Assembly (NCBI GenBank): GCA_033764015.1
Contig: JANRJK010000013.1
Coordinates: forward strand, 32,001-96,000
Source: Candidatus Sumerlaeia bacterium
Lineage (GTDB): Bacteria > Sumerlaeota > Sumerlaeia > SLMS01 > JANRJK01
Reading direction: 5' to 3'
DNA: 64,000 bases
A model generated the notes under the pieces. That model saw only the letters and a program-made list of their open reading frames with translations. It had not been told where the DNA came from and made no database searches. The first letter of the stretch is position 1. The number at the start of each line of letters is the position of its first letter. Both the position numbers and the translations under genes were made by a program. This document shows, one piece after another, positions 1 to 10,538 of this stretch.

Positions 1-2
1 CC

Positions 3-1115
3 TTCAGCCTCTTCTTCTGGTGGTCCATCGAACGCATGGACGCCGCGCTGCGGGCGCCGGACCGCGCGGCGGCGTCGCACGCGTTCGCGGGAGCCGCGCT
101 CCTCGGGGCGCTCTCGTTCCTCACGCGCCACCAGGGCGTGCTCCTGACTCCGCTTCTCGGGGGCCTCGCGATCGCGCTGTGGCGCCGCGGGCACCTGTCG
201 TTCCCCGCGGTGGCGGCGTTCGGCGCCTTCGCGCTCAACCCGCTATGGACCGCCTTCAGCGGCACGATCCACGGCGAGCAGTTCGCCGACCGCGCGGGGG
301 GTGGCTGGCAGCAATCGCTCTATGTCCTCGTCGCCAACGCCGAGCCCTTCCTCCTGCTTTCGCCGTTCTACCTCACGCTCCCAGTCGCCGCGGTCGTGCT
401 TTACGGCCTGCTGCGGAGGGGGCTCGACGAGGCGCCGCTGCTCGTCGCCGCAACGGCGTTCATCGGCGTCGAGATCCTCGCGCTGCAGGGCCTCTTCAGC
501 GCGTTCCAGGAGCGCTACCTGCTGCCGTGGTACGGGCTGCTGTTCCTGTTCGGCGGCGCGGGGATGGCGGAGGCGCTCGCGAAGCTCGAGGCGGCGCGGC
601 GCCCCTTCGCGGCGCGGGTGCTGGCGGGGCTGGTCGTCGGCGCATCCATCATCGTCTCCGCCGTGGTGCTGCTCGGCACGCGGCAGACCTTCGGCGACCT
701 GCGCCGCGGCACCGACCTCGCCGTGGAACTCACCGGCGGCGGCGGGCGCATCTTCACCAACGAGTTCTACCGCCAGCGCGGCGACTCCCTGATCGCCGCC
801 ACCAAGGTCGAATTCTTCGCCCGGGGCCGCGAGGTACGCTACCTCGGCCCGGAGTTCTTCGACGGACGAGAGGCGCTCCGCCCCGGCGACGTGCTCGTGC
901 TGTCGGACCGCTTCTTCCCCGAGTCGGTCATGCCGGAGCTGGAGCGCCGCTACCTGCTCGAGTTCGCGGGCGCGGAGGAGGCTGCGGTCCTGCCGTACTT
1001 CACCGAGATCATGAAGCGCCCCGGCGTGGAGCAGAACCCCGCCGCGTGGATCTTCCGCTACGAGTGGCAGCGGTTCCTCACCACCGTCTACGTGGTGCGC
1101 GGGGCGCGGCGTTGA
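3..1115 (+). CDS. GT-C-like polytopic membrane protein, 5' truncated by the window edge
   Basis: Frame is open from base 3 (FSLFFWWSIERMD...); many TM segments, LTRHQG and ERYLLPWY motifs typical of ArnT/PMT-like GT-C proteins, soluble C-terminal domain. Confidence 0.6.
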   Translation, partial: FSLFFWWSIERMDAALRAPDRAAASHAFAGAALLGALSFLTRHQGVLLTPLLGGLAIALWRRGHLSFPAVAAFGAFALNPLWTAFSGTIHGEQFADRAGGGWQQSLYVLVANAEPFLLLSPFYLTLPVAAVVLYGLLRRGLDEAPLLVAATAFIGVEILALQGLFSAFQERYLLPWYGLLFLFGGAGMAEALAKLEAARRPFAARVLAGLVVGASIIVSAVVLLGTRQTFGDLRRGTDLAVELTGGGGRIFTNEFYRQRGDSLIAATKVEFFARGREVRYLGPEFFDGREALRPGDVLVLSDRFFPESVMPELERRYLLEFAGAEEAAVLPYFTEIMKRPGVEQNPAAWIFRYEWQRFLTTVYVVRGARR

Positions 1116-2803
1116 GCGCGGCCCGGGGCGCGGCCGTGGCGGGAGCCGGGGCGTTCGCGGCCTATGCGCTGACCGCGCCGCGCGACATCCTCTGGGGCGA
1201 CGGCCTCGAGCTGGCCTCGGTGGCGTCGCACTTCGGCGTGGCGCATCCGCCGGGCTATCCGCTCTACGCGCTTCTCGGCGGCGGTTGGTTGACAGTGTCA
1301 GGCGGCGCGCTGCCGCCGTATGCGGCCCTGGCGTTGCTCAACTGCCTGTTCGCCGCATTTGCGGCCGCGCTGCTCGGGCTGCTCGGCGCGTCGCTCTGGG
1401 CCCGCCACCGCGCCCCCGGCACCCCCGGGGCCGCGGGCTGGACCGCCGGCCTGTTGACCGCCGCCGCGGCGCTGCTGCGCTCGTTCTGGGAATCAGGCAC
1501 GATCGTCGAGGTCTACGCGCTCGGAGCCATGCTCGGAGCGGGCTTCCTGCTCGTGCTGGCGGAGGACGGCGCGCGACTTTCCGCGCGGCGCTTCCTCCTC
1601 GCGGGCATCCTGCTCGGTTGCCTCGCGGCGAACCACCTGCCCTCCGTCAGCGTGGCCCTGGTCCTCGCGGCCCGGGCGATCCAGCTTCGCCGCGCCGGAC
1701 GCTCCGCCTGGCCGCCGCTGGCCGCCGCCGCGCTCGCGGTGACGGTGGCGGCGCTGCTCTACGGCACGCTGCTGGTCTCGGCGGGGCGTGAGGGGCGGCG
1801 CATCGCCTGGGGTGGCACGTCGAATCTTCCCGCGCTGCTGGCGCACGCCCGTGGCGGCGAGTACTCCCGCGCGCTGCTCCGCCCCGCGCGGCTCGACCGT
1901 CGCCTGACGGCCCGGGAGTTCGCCCACTTCGCTTCAGCCCGCGCTTGGGAACTCGCGGGCGCCGCTTCCACACAGCTCTCCCGGGCCGCGGTGCCGGGGG
2001 CGATCCTCGCGTCGCTGGTTCTTGGGCTTGGCGCCTCGGCGCTGTGGCCGCGCGACCCGGTGCTGGTGCTCGCGTCCGCCGGCGCGGCCGGCGCGCAGAC
2101 CGCCTTCCTTTTCCTGTACGTCATTCCGGACTTCCAGGACTACCTCCTCGGAATCGTCGTCGCGTCGTCGCCGGTCTGGCTGGCGGGCGCCGCGTCGATG
2201 CTTGACTTAGTCATCGAATGGGCGCGCCGACCCGGACGTCCCATGATTGCGGGAATCGCCGCCGGCGCGCTGGCCGCTTCCACCGCGATCGGCAACGGGT
2301 CGGCCTCCCTCGCGCGAAACGCCGAGCTCGACGCCCGCCCCTGGCTCGACCGTGCGCTCGCGGCGCTCCCGGAGGGCGCCGCGGTCCTGACGCACGGCGA
2401 CGCGGACACCTACGCGCTCTGGTACGCCGCCCTCGCCGAGCGCTCTCGCCCCGACCTGCTCGTGATTGGCACCAACTTCCTCCGCTTCCCCTGGTTCGCC
2501 CGGACGCTGCCGCGGGAGCATCCCGCCGCGGGCGTCGTCCGCTTCGAAGCCGCCGGACCCCCGCTCGGTCCCGGGGCCTTCGCCTCCCTCGTCGAGCGGC
2601 AGGCGATCCGCCCGCTCCTCGGCGCCGGCGACGTCTTCATGATGGAGCCGGACGGCATCGTGGGGCCGATCTGGTTCGAGCGCTTCCGCCCCGAGCCGGT
2701 CGCCGTGCTCTTGACCCCGCAGGAATTGGAAACGCTCCTGTCCGCTGGCCGCGGCGTGCCGCCACCGCGCCTCTTCCGAATCCCCGCCGCAGCCACGCCG
2801 TGA
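1112..2803 (+). CDS. DUF2723 / TMEM260-like GT-C glycosyltransferase
   Basis: TTG start overlaps upstream stop (TTGA); GDGLEL...GVAHPPGYPLY and EVYAL motifs; multiple TMs; GDADTYALWY in C-terminal domain. Confidence 0.85.
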   Translation: MSAARGAAVAGAGAFAAYALTAPRDILWGDGLELASVASHFGVAHPPGYPLYALLGGGWLTVSGGALPPYAALALLNCLFAAFAAALLGLLGASLWARHRAPGTPGAAGWTAGLLTAAAALLRSFWESGTIVEVYALGAMLGAGFLLVLAEDGARLSARRFLLAGILLGCLAANHLPSVSVALVLAARAIQLRRAGRSAWPPLAAAALAVTVAALLYGTLLVSAGREGRRIAWGGTSNLPALLAHARGGEYSRALLRPARLDRRLTAREFAHFASARAWELAGAASTQLSRAAVPGAILASLVLGLGASALWPRDPVLVLASAGAAGAQTAFLFLYVIPDFQDYLLGIVVASSPVWLAGAASMLDLVIEWARRPGRPMIAGIAAGALAASTAIGNGSASLARNAELDARPWLDRALAALPEGAAVLTHGDADTYALWYAALAERSRPDLLVIGTNFLRFPWFARTLPREHPAAGVVRFEAAGPPLGPGAFASLVERQAIRPLLGAGDVFMMEPDGIVGPIWFERFRPEPVAVLLTPQELETLLSAGRGVPPPRLFRIPAAATP

Positions 2804-3495
2804 AAGCCTCCGTCATCGTCCCCGTCTACAACGAGCGCCGCACCGTAGAGGTGCTGCTCGAACGCGTCCGCGCCGTGCCGATCGACAAGGAGATCATCGT
2901 CGTGGACGGCGCCAGCGTTGACGGCACGCGCGAGCTGCTCGAGCGCCAGGCCGAGTTCCCCGAAACGCGCGTGATCTTCCAGACGGAGCGCCGCGGGCGC
3001 GGCAACGCGCTCAAGGAGGGCATCGCCGCCGCGACCGGCGACGTCGTCATCTTCCAGGACGCCGACCTCGAGCTCGATCCGTTCGACTACCCGGCGCTGC
3101 TGGCGCCCATCGAGCGCGGCGAGGCGAACGTCGTCTTCGGATCCCGCTTCCTGCGCGGCAAGCCCGCCATGACCTTCCTCCAGTACTGGGGAAACCAGAC
3201 GATCAACATCTCGGTCAACACGCTCTACGCTCGCGAGTTGAAAGGCACCCGCCTCACCGACGTGGAAACTTGCTACCAGATTTTCCGCCGCGAGTGCTTC
3301 GACGGACTCCGAATCGAGAACAACAATTTCGCCTTCACGGTGGAGCTCACGGTGCGGCTGATCCTCGCCGGCCACCGCATCGTCGAAATCCCCATCAGCT
3401 ACTTCCCGCGCGGCAAGGCGGAGGGGAAGAAGATCTACTGGGGGGACGGCTTCGCGAGCCTCTGGACACTCGCGAAGATCCGCTTCACAGGCTGA
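2800..3495 (+). CDS. GT2 glycosyltransferase, DPM1-like polyprenol-phosphate glycosyltransferase
   Basis: GTGA overlap; VIVPVYNE, VVDGASVDGT, GRGNA, QDADLE (DxD), VFGSRF, TDVETCY. Confidence 0.9.
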   Translation: MKASVIVPVYNERRTVEVLLERVRAVPIDKEIIVVDGASVDGTRELLERQAEFPETRVIFQTERRGRGNALKEGIAAATGDVVIFQDADLELDPFDYPALLAPIERGEANVVFGSRFLRGKPAMTFLQYWGNQTINISVNTLYARELKGTRLTDVETCYQIFRRECFDGLRIENNNFAFTVELTVRLILAGHRIVEIPISYFPRGKAEGKKIYWGDGFASLWTLAKIRFTG

Positions 3496-3499
3496 GCCG

Positions 3500-4315
3500 G
3501 TGGCCGCTGTCACCCCGTTCCAAGCGGTCGTCCTCGGCATAGTCGAGGGTCTGACCGAGTTCCTTCCGGTCTCCTCGACGGGGCACCTGATCGTCGCCGC
3601 GGAATGGCTCCGCCTCGATCCCGCGATCCTCGACACCTACGTGGTGGCGATCCAGTTCGGCGCCGCGCTCGCCGTGGCGGCCTACTACCGCGACCGCATG
3701 CGGCAGCTTCTCGGCGGCGTGCTGCGGCGCGAGCCGGGCGGCCTTCGTCTGCTCAAGCACCTCCTCATCGCGTTCCTTCCCGTGGTGTTCGTGGGCCTGG
3801 CCTTCGACGACTACATCGAGGCGCGCTTCTTCGGCTCCCGACCGGTCGCGTGGGCGCTGATCGTGGGAGGCGTGGCGATGATCGCGGTCGAGCTGTGGCG
3901 CGGACGCGAGCGCGCAGACGACACGGACAGCCTGGACGAGATGACCACGCGCCACGCGCTCGCCGTCGGCGTGGCCCAGTGCTTCTCCCTCTGGCCCGGC
4001 ATGTCGCGCAGCATGAGCACCATCGTCGGCGGGCGCCTCGCGGGCCTTTCGAACCGCACCGCGGCGGACTTCACGTTCCTGCTCGCGCTGCCGGTGCTCA
4101 CCTCGGCGACCGCCTACAAGGTGCTGAAGGGGCGCGAGGCGATCGCCGCCATCGACGGCGCCGCGGAGGCGCTCGTGCTCGGCAACGCGGTCGCCTTCGT
4201 CGTCGGATTCCTCGCGATTTGGGGCTTCATCAAGCTCGTCGGCCGCGTCGGCATGGTGCCGTTCGGCGTGTACCGCATCGTGGTGGGCGTGGCGCTGCTG
4301 CTCCACCTGGATTGA
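3500..4315 (+). CDS. uppP: Undecaprenyl-diphosphate phosphatase (BacA/UppP)
   Basis: [28 protein letters not shown]. Confidence 0.95.
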   Translation: MAAVTPFQAVVLGIVEGLTEFLPVSSTGHLIVAAEWLRLDPAILDTYVVAIQFGAALAVAAYYRDRMRQLLGGVLRREPGGLRLLKHLLIAFLPVVFVGLAFDDYIEARFFGSRPVAWALIVGGVAMIAVELWRGRERADDTDSLDEMTTRHALAVGVAQCFSLWPGMSRSMSTIVGGRLAGLSNRTAADFTFLLALPVLTSATAYKVLKGREAIAAIDGAAEALVLGNAVAFVVGFLAIWGFIKLVGRVGMVPFGVYRIVVGVALLLHLD

Positions 4316-4380
4316 GGGCGGCCCTTGCCCGCCCCCGCGGCGGGGGAAGAGGATACTCCATCTCCTCCGGGATCGATTCC

Positions 4381-5961
4381 ATGGGCACCTTCGACCGCTT
4401 CCGCAAGTACCTCTGCGCCCCCGCCGGCGCTCCGCTCCAGCTCGACATCAGCCGCATGGACTTCGCCGACGGCTTCTTCGACGCCATGGAGCCCGCCATG
4501 CAGTCCGCCTACGCCGCGATGGACGCGCTCGAGGCGGGCGCGATCGCGAACCCGGACGAGAACCGCATGGTCGGCCACTATTGGCTCCGCGCGCCGGAGC
4601 GCTCGCCCGCCCCGGACATCGCGAAGTCCCTCACCGACGACCTCGGCGCGGTGCTCGAATTCGCCGGCGCGGTCCACCGCGGCGAGATCGTTTCCGGTTC
4701 CGGCGCGCCCTTCCAGAACCTCCTCGTGATCGGCATCGGCGGCAGCGCCCTCGGCCCGCAGCTCCTCGCCGACGCGCTCCGCGACCCCGCGGGTGACCGC
4801 CTGCGCCCCTACTTCTTCGACAACACCGACCCGGACGGCATGGCGCGCACGCTGGGCGACATCGGCGCGGGGCTCGACCGCACGCTCTTCGTCGTGATCA
4901 GCAAGTCCGGAAGCACGCCCGAACCCCGCAACGGCATGATCGTCGCCGAGGATGCCTGCCGCCGCGCCGGCATCGACTTCGGGCGCAACGCCGCCGCGGT
5001 CACCGGCGCCGGCAGCCACCTCGACCAGTACGCCCGCCAGCGCCACTTCCTCGCCCGCTTCCCCATGTACGATTTCATCGGCGGCCGCACCAGCCTCTGG
5101 TGCCCCGTCGGCCTGCTCCCCGCCGCGTTGCAAGGACTCGATGTGAAGGAGCTCCTCCGCGGCGCCCGCGAGATGGACGCGCTCACGCGCTCGAAGACGA
5201 CGCGCCAGAACCCCGCCGCGCTGCTCGCCCTCATGTGGCACCACGGCACCGGCGGCGCCGGGAAGAAGGACATGGTCGTGCTCCCCTACGCCGACCGCCT
5301 GCTCCTGTTCTCGCGGTACCTGCAGCAGCTCGTCATGGAGTCGCTCGGCAAGGAGCGCGACCTCGGCGGCGACATCGTCCACCAGGGCATCGCCGTTTAC
5401 GGCAACAAGGGGTCCACGGACCAGCACGCCTACGTGCAGCAGCTCCGCGACGGCGTGCCGAACTTCTTCGCGGTCTTCATCGAGGCGCTCGACAAGGGCC
5501 CCGACACCGTCGAGGTCGAGCCGGGCGTCACCAGCGGCGACTACCTGAACGGCTTCCTGCTCGGAACCCGCGAGGCGCTCCACGAGAACGGCAGGCAATC
5601 GATGACGATCTCGCTGGACCGCGTGGACGCGCACGCGCTCGGGGCGCTGATCGCCATGTTCGAGCGCGCGGTGGGCTTCTACGCCAGCCTCGTCGGGATC
5701 AACGCGTACCACCAGCCCGGAGTCGAGGCGGGGAAGAAGGCCGCCGCCCGCGTGCTCAAGCTGCAGGCAGCCGCCGTCGCCCACCTGCGCGCCAACTCCG
5801 ACAGCCGCTTCGACGCGGACGCGGTCGCATCGGCCATCGGGGCGCCGGACGCCGCGGAAACCGTCTTCCTCGCGCTGCGCCACCTCGCGGCCTGCCGGCG
5901 CGGCGTCTCGCTTGACGCTGACGGCTGCTTCAAGGCTACCGTCGTCGTATCCCAAGCATGA
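4381..5961 (+). CDS. pgi: Glucose-6-phosphate isomerase
   Basis: [50 protein letters not shown]. Confidence 0.95.
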   Translation: MGTFDRFRKYLCAPAGAPLQLDISRMDFADGFFDAMEPAMQSAYAAMDALEAGAIANPDENRMVGHYWLRAPERSPAPDIAKSLTDDLGAVLEFAGAVHRGEIVSGSGAPFQNLLVIGIGGSALGPQLLADALRDPAGDRLRPYFFDNTDPDGMARTLGDIGAGLDRTLFVVISKSGSTPEPRNGMIVAEDACRRAGIDFGRNAAAVTGAGSHLDQYARQRHFLARFPMYDFIGGRTSLWCPVGLLPAALQGLDVKELLRGAREMDALTRSKTTRQNPAALLALMWHHGTGGAGKKDMVVLPYADRLLLFSRYLQQLVMESLGKERDLGGDIVHQGIAVYGNKGSTDQHAYVQQLRDGVPNFFAVFIEALDKGPDTVEVEPGVTSGDYLNGFLLGTREALHENGRQSMTISLDRVDAHALGALIAMFERAVGFYASLVGINAYHQPGVEAGKKAAARVLKLQAAAVAHLRANSDSRFDADAVASAIGAPDAAETVFLALRHLAACRRGVSLDADGCFKATVVVSQA

Positions 5962-5972
5962 GGTACGACCCC

Positions 5973-6365
5973 ATGTCCTCCGCTTTCCTGCGCGCCTTCG
6001 CGGCCGCATCCACGCTGCTGCTCGCCAGCGGCTGCGTCCTCAAGTCCGGCACGAACCTCGGCGAAGTCGCCAAGGACGCCGGCTTCGACAACGTCACCAC
6101 CGGCGACGGCACCTACGAGAACTACACCGCCGTCAGCCACGAGCGCGCGACCGAGATCGGCCTCGGCCTCGGCGTGTTCACCTTCAAGCTGATGGAGCTG
6201 TATCCCGCCACCACCAACGAGGCGCTCCTCCTCGAAGCCGCCAACAAGACGAAGGAGAAGGGCGCGGAGGCGATGATCAACGTCCACCCGCAGTCCAGCT
6301 ACTTCTTCGGCTTCATCATCGGCGTCTACGTCGATTCGACCAACGGGACTGGCATCGAATTCTAA
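5973..6365 (+). CDS. Small lipoprotein of unknown function
   Basis: Lipobox LASG-C, GAGG RBS before ATG 5973, host-like codon usage. Confidence 0.7.
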   Translation: MSSAFLRAFAAASTLLLASGCVLKSGTNLGEVAKDAGFDNVTTGDGTYENYTAVSHERATEIGLGLGVFTFKLMELYPATTNEALLLEAANKTKEKGAEAMINVHPQSSYFFGFIIGVYVDSTNGTGIEF

Positions 6366-6427
6366 TGCCGCGGCCGCGCGGGGGGCGCATCGGCGCCTCC
6401 CGCGCAGCCAACCATCGGACCCCGCGC

Positions 6428-7507
6428 ATGCAACTCCGCCGCCGCCTCGCAGCACTCCTCCTCGCCGCGGCGCTCGCGGCCGCGGCCTCGCCCGCCGCCC
6501 AATCCACCGAGCCCCCCCGCCCGCCCGACCGGCGCGAACTGCTCACCACGCACGGCGTCGATCCCGAGGCGGAAGCGCTCGCGGCCTTCCTCGAAGCGGG
6601 ATTCCCACCCGGATTCACCGTCCCGCCCACCCCTGAACTGAAGACGCAGATCGTCCTCTCCGCGATCCAGGAGGCGGGCATCGGCGGACACCGCGCGCTT
6701 GCTCCGCTGCTGCAGCGCCTGGCCATCGGCGAACCGACCCCCGGCGTCCGCTCCATCCTCGAGCGCGATCTCGAGCGCCAGCCCATCGGCATGCACGACA
6801 CCGTGCGCGCCGGCTTCCTGCGGCTGGTGGTCCGCAACGCCACGGTGTCGCTCGGGCTCCTCGGCGACCCCGCCTCGCGCCCCGCGCTTGAGCAAGTGCT
6901 CGCCGCCGCCGACGAACCGGCCACGCGCTTGGAGGCGGCCATCGCGCTCGCCATGACGGGTAGCGGCGCGGGCCTCTCCTACGTGGTCGAAGCGGCCGCA
7001 TCCGACGACCGCCCCCTCGCCAGCGCCGCGTTCCAAGCCGCCTACTACATCACCGCGCGCAACTACGGCGTCACCTCCGTCACCTCCGACGCACGGCTGG
7101 ACCAGCACCGCGGGCAGCTCCGCGAGTGGGCCGCGTCCGACGCCGCGCGCGGCTTCGCCCCCAGCGCCCCCGACGTCCGCCGCCGCCGTGCCGCGGGCCC
7201 GCCGGCGCCCCCCGCGCCGGAACCCGATACGCTCCGCGCACTCCTGCGCGACACGCGCAACCCCTTCGACCAGCAGCGCCGCATCGCCGCCCGCAACCGC
7301 CTCATCGAACTCCGCGCCGCGTCCCTCGCCGAGTTCCGCGCCCTCGCGCAAGACGTCCTCGAAGACGTCGACATCCGCACCGAGGCCTTGCGATGGTACG
7401 CCTTGGTCGAAAGCCCGCGCGAACTCCGCCGCGCCGCCCGCCGCCTCGCCAAGGACCGCGACGCGGAAGTGGCGCAACTGGCCGAGCGGCTGGCGAAGGG
7501 GGAGTAG
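6428..7507 (+). CDS. Secreted HEAT-repeat protein
   Basis: Signal peptide (RRRLAALLLAAALAAAASPAA); HEAT-like segments VRNATVSLGLLGDPASRPAL and RLEAAIALA. Confidence 0.65.
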   Translation: MQLRRRLAALLLAAALAAAASPAAQSTEPPRPPDRRELLTTHGVDPEAEALAAFLEAGFPPGFTVPPTPELKTQIVLSAIQEAGIGGHRALAPLLQRLAIGEPTPGVRSILERDLERQPIGMHDTVRAGFLRLVVRNATVSLGLLGDPASRPALEQVLAAADEPATRLEAAIALAMTGSGAGLSYVVEAAASDDRPLASAAFQAAYYITARNYGVTSVTSDARLDQHRGQLREWAASDAARGFAPSAPDVRRRRAAGPPAPPAPEPDTLRALLRDTRNPFDQQRRIAARNRLIELRAASLAEFRALAQDVLEDVDIRTEALRWYALVESPRELRRAARRLAKDRDAEVAQLAERLAKGE

Positions 7508-7541
7508 GGGGCCGGTGACACTCACAGCGGGAGAACAACGA

Positions 7542-8648
7542 ATGGGAGAGTCCCCCACCATCATCGAGCGCCCGCCGCTTTTCTACCCCGCGTGGCTGGG
7601 GCGGATGGACCCGTACCTGCTCCGCGCGGAGACCAATCCCGCGGTGCCGCTCGTGCTGCGCGTGCTCAAGTTCACTCCGTGGCCGAAGGCCCGCGTCGCC
7701 GGCTTCTTCGCGTGCCTCGCGATGCTGTCCATCAACGTCTACTTGTTCCGCTTCGTGGACGACCTGCCCTGGTTGCTTGCCACGTTCCTCATCCTGCTCG
7801 TGGTGATGATGGCGTGCGCCGTCCCGCCGCGGTCGCTGGTCGCGCGCATCCGGAAGCGCCCCGACGCGAACACGATCTTCACGGATCTCAAGCTCGCGGG
7901 CGTCGGCTTCGACGATGTTCTCGAAGCGGACTACCTGGTGCGCAGCTGCGCGCGCCTGCCGCAGGCGGTGCTGCTGGGCCTGCTGATGCTGGTCCTGCCC
8001 GCGGTGATCATCGGCGTGAGCACCCGCTTCAGCCTCTTCGGCGACACGCTGCTGGTCCTCGGGGCGCTCGCCTTCGCCGCGGGTGTGGCCGCGACGCTGC
8101 TGCGCGGGACCACGCTCAAGGCGCAGTACATCCGCCAGACGCTCGCCAAGATGGAACTGAACATGGAGCGGCGCGCCATCGGAGTGGGGGGCCTTCTCAA
8201 GAAGCACTCCGCGCACCTGATGACGCGCACTGCGATGCAAGTCCTCGGGGCGTTCGGCACGCTGATCGCACTCTACGTCGGCATCCTCGTGATCGGGTTG
8301 GCCGTTCACTTCATTCCCAGAATCGGCCTCTCGGGGGCGCACTTCCGCGGCCTCGGTGGCCTCGCCCTCGGCTTCCTCGGAGTCATCGGGCTCGGCATCA
8401 GGCGCCCCCGCGCCCGCGCCACCATCGAGGCGCACCTCGACCATTGGCACGCCGCCCTCGCCGGCATGCACGAGAAGTACATGGCGCTCAACGTGTACGG
8501 CGAGCCGGACTGGACCGACCCGGAGCTCGCCCCACCCGCGCACAGCGGCGGCGTGCTGCTCCCGATCCCCAAGCCCCGCTTCACCCGCGTCGCCGAGCGC
8601 GTCCAGCGCATCGCGCCTCCGCCGCCGCCCAGGCCCACGCACGGATAA
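7542..8648 (+). CDS. Hypothetical membrane protein (~6 TM)
   Basis: GGAG RBS, three pairs of hydrophobic segments, Pro-rich tail. Confidence 0.6.
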   Translation: MGESPTIIERPPLFYPAWLGRMDPYLLRAETNPAVPLVLRVLKFTPWPKARVAGFFACLAMLSINVYLFRFVDDLPWLLATFLILLVVMMACAVPPRSLVARIRKRPDANTIFTDLKLAGVGFDDVLEADYLVRSCARLPQAVLLGLLMLVLPAVIIGVSTRFSLFGDTLLVLGALAFAAGVAATLLRGTTLKAQYIRQTLAKMELNMERRAIGVGGLLKKHSAHLMTRTAMQVLGAFGTLIALYVGILVIGLAVHFIPRIGLSGAHFRGLGGLALGFLGVIGLGIRRPRARATIEAHLDHWHAALAGMHEKYMALNVYGEPDWTDPELAPPAHSGGVLLPIPKPRFTRVAERVQRIAPPPPPRPTHG

Positions 8649-8744
8649 GCCCCTCCCTGCGCTTGCCAACCGCGAGGGCCGCTCCGCAACCTCGTCCATC
8701 CGCGCGGACGCCGCGCGCCGACTCCCCACGCACGCAGGAATGTG

Positions 8745-9686
8745 ATGGCCCAGAAGCCCCTCGACTACAATGCGACGATCACCGACTGGAACCTCCTCAC
8801 GGACCAGCTCGTGGTCTTCCGCCTCAAGCAGGACACCCCCTTCGACGGCTTCACGCCGGGGCAGTACACGGTGCTCGGCATCAACTATGAGGCGGGCTCC
8901 GTGAGCCGCGCCTACTCGATCGGCTCCGCGCCGGAGACCATCGCCGAGGGACTCGAATTCTACATCCGCCGCGTGCCCGAGCCGAAGGGCGACGTGGCGC
9001 TCACGCACCTGCTCTTCAACCTCAAGGCGGGAGAGCGCCTCTGGTGCGCCGCCAAGCCCCGCGGCCACTTCACCATCGAGAAGGCCGTCGGCGCCGAGGA
9101 CCCGCGCCACAAGGTCTTCATCGCCGCCGGCACCGGCCTCGCCCCCTTCACCTCCATGGTCAAGAGCCACTACCTGCGCCACGGCGCGGTGGACGAGCGC
9201 CACATCATCGCCCACGGCGCCAGCTACGCCACGGACCTCGGCTACCGCGAGGAGCTCGAGCGGATCATGAACAGCGGCGGGCGCACGCGCTACGTGCCGA
9301 CGCTCTCGCGCCCGGACGCCTCCTGGACCGGCGAGCGCGGCCGCGTCGAGACGCACTTCGAGGGCGAGCGCCTCGCGGCCTTCGAGCGCAAGCTCGGCTT
9401 CCAGCCCGGCCACCTCCGCCCCGAGAACGCCGTCGTGTTCCTCTGCGGCCTCCAGGGCACCATCGCCAACTGCCTGATGCAGCTCCTCGACCGCGGCTTC
9501 GTCCCCGAGGACCGCAAGATCCGCCGCGCGCTCCACATCCCCGACGCCACGCACGCCAGCTTCTTCTTCGAGCAGTACGACTCGGAGCCGATCATCGACC
9601 TCAAGGACGAGGCGCTCGCGGAGTCGCTCCGCGCGCGCCTGCGCGCCGCGGGTGTGAAGCTGGAAGCACCCGAGCCGGTGGCCTGA
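8745..9686 (+). CDS. Ferredoxin/flavodoxin-NADP+ reductase family
   Basis: FTPGQY, RAYSIGS, AAGTGLAPF, FLCG motifs. Confidence 0.9.
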   Translation: MAQKPLDYNATITDWNLLTDQLVVFRLKQDTPFDGFTPGQYTVLGINYEAGSVSRAYSIGSAPETIAEGLEFYIRRVPEPKGDVALTHLLFNLKAGERLWCAAKPRGHFTIEKAVGAEDPRHKVFIAAGTGLAPFTSMVKSHYLRHGAVDERHIIAHGASYATDLGYREELERIMNSGGRTRYVPTLSRPDASWTGERGRVETHFEGERLAAFERKLGFQPGHLRPENAVVFLCGLQGTIANCLMQLLDRGFVPEDRKIRRALHIPDATHASFFFEQYDSEPIIDLKDEALAESLRARLRAAGVKLEAPEPVA

Positions 9687-9688
9687 CC

Positions 9689-10522
9689 ATGCCCCTCCCG
9701 GTCCCCTCGCAGGACGACCAGTTCCGCCGCCTCGTCGACATCATGGAGGCGCTCCTCTCGGAGCAGGGCTGCCCATGGGACCGGGAGCAGTCGCACCGCA
9801 CGCTCCGCCCCTACGTGGTCGAGGAAGCGTGCGAGGTGGTGGACGCCATCGACGACGGCGACGACGAGGAGCTGCGCCACGAGCTGGGCGACCTCGGCCT
9901 CCAGATCGTCTTCCACGCGGCGCTCGCCCGGCGGCGCGGCGCCTTCGATGTGGACGGCGTCTACCGCGCCATCTGCGAGAAGCTCATCCGCCGCCACCCG
10001 CACGTCTTCGGCGACACCGAGGTGGACGGCTCCGGCCAGGTGCTCAGGAACTGGGAGGCGATCAAGCGCGCGGAACGCACCGCCAAGGGCGAGGCGGAGC
10101 GCCCCGTCTCCGCGCTGGACGGCGTGCCCCGCGCGCTGCCCGGCCTCCAGCGCGCCTCCCGCCTGCAGGACAAGGCCCGCCGCGTCAACTTCGACTGGAC
10201 CGACATCCGCGACGTCTTCGCCAAGGTGCGCGAAGAGGTCGAGGAACTCGAACGCGAAGCCGCCGCCGGCGACGCCGCCGACCACTCGCGCGTCGAGGAC
10301 GAGTTCGGCGACCTGCTCTTCGCCCTCGTCAACCTCGGCCGCTTCCTCAAGGTCGATTCCGAGGCCGCGATTCAACGCACCAACGCCAAGTTCCTCCGCC
10401 GGTTCCACCACATGGAGGATGCGCTCCGCGCCCAGGGCCGCCAGCCCGCCGAGTGCACGCTCGAAGAACTCGACGCGCTCTGGAACAAGGCGAAGGCCGC
10501 CGAGCGCGCCCCGGCCCAGTAG
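9689..10522 (+). CDS. mazG: Nucleoside triphosphate pyrophosphohydrolase MazG
   Basis: GCPWDREQ, EEACE, ELGDL, RRHPHVF, second EEVEE..EFGDLLF domain. Confidence 0.95.
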   Translation: MPLPVPSQDDQFRRLVDIMEALLSEQGCPWDREQSHRTLRPYVVEEACEVVDAIDDGDDEELRHELGDLGLQIVFHAALARRRGAFDVDGVYRAICEKLIRRHPHVFGDTEVDGSGQVLRNWEAIKRAERTAKGEAERPVSALDGVPRALPGLQRASRLQDKARRVNFDWTDIRDVFAKVREEVEELEREAAAGDAADHSRVEDEFGDLLFALVNLGRFLKVDSEAAIQRTNAKFLRRFHHMEDALRAQGRQPAECTLEELDALWNKAKAAERAPAQ

Positions 10523-10538
10523 CCGCGAGTCGCCCGCC

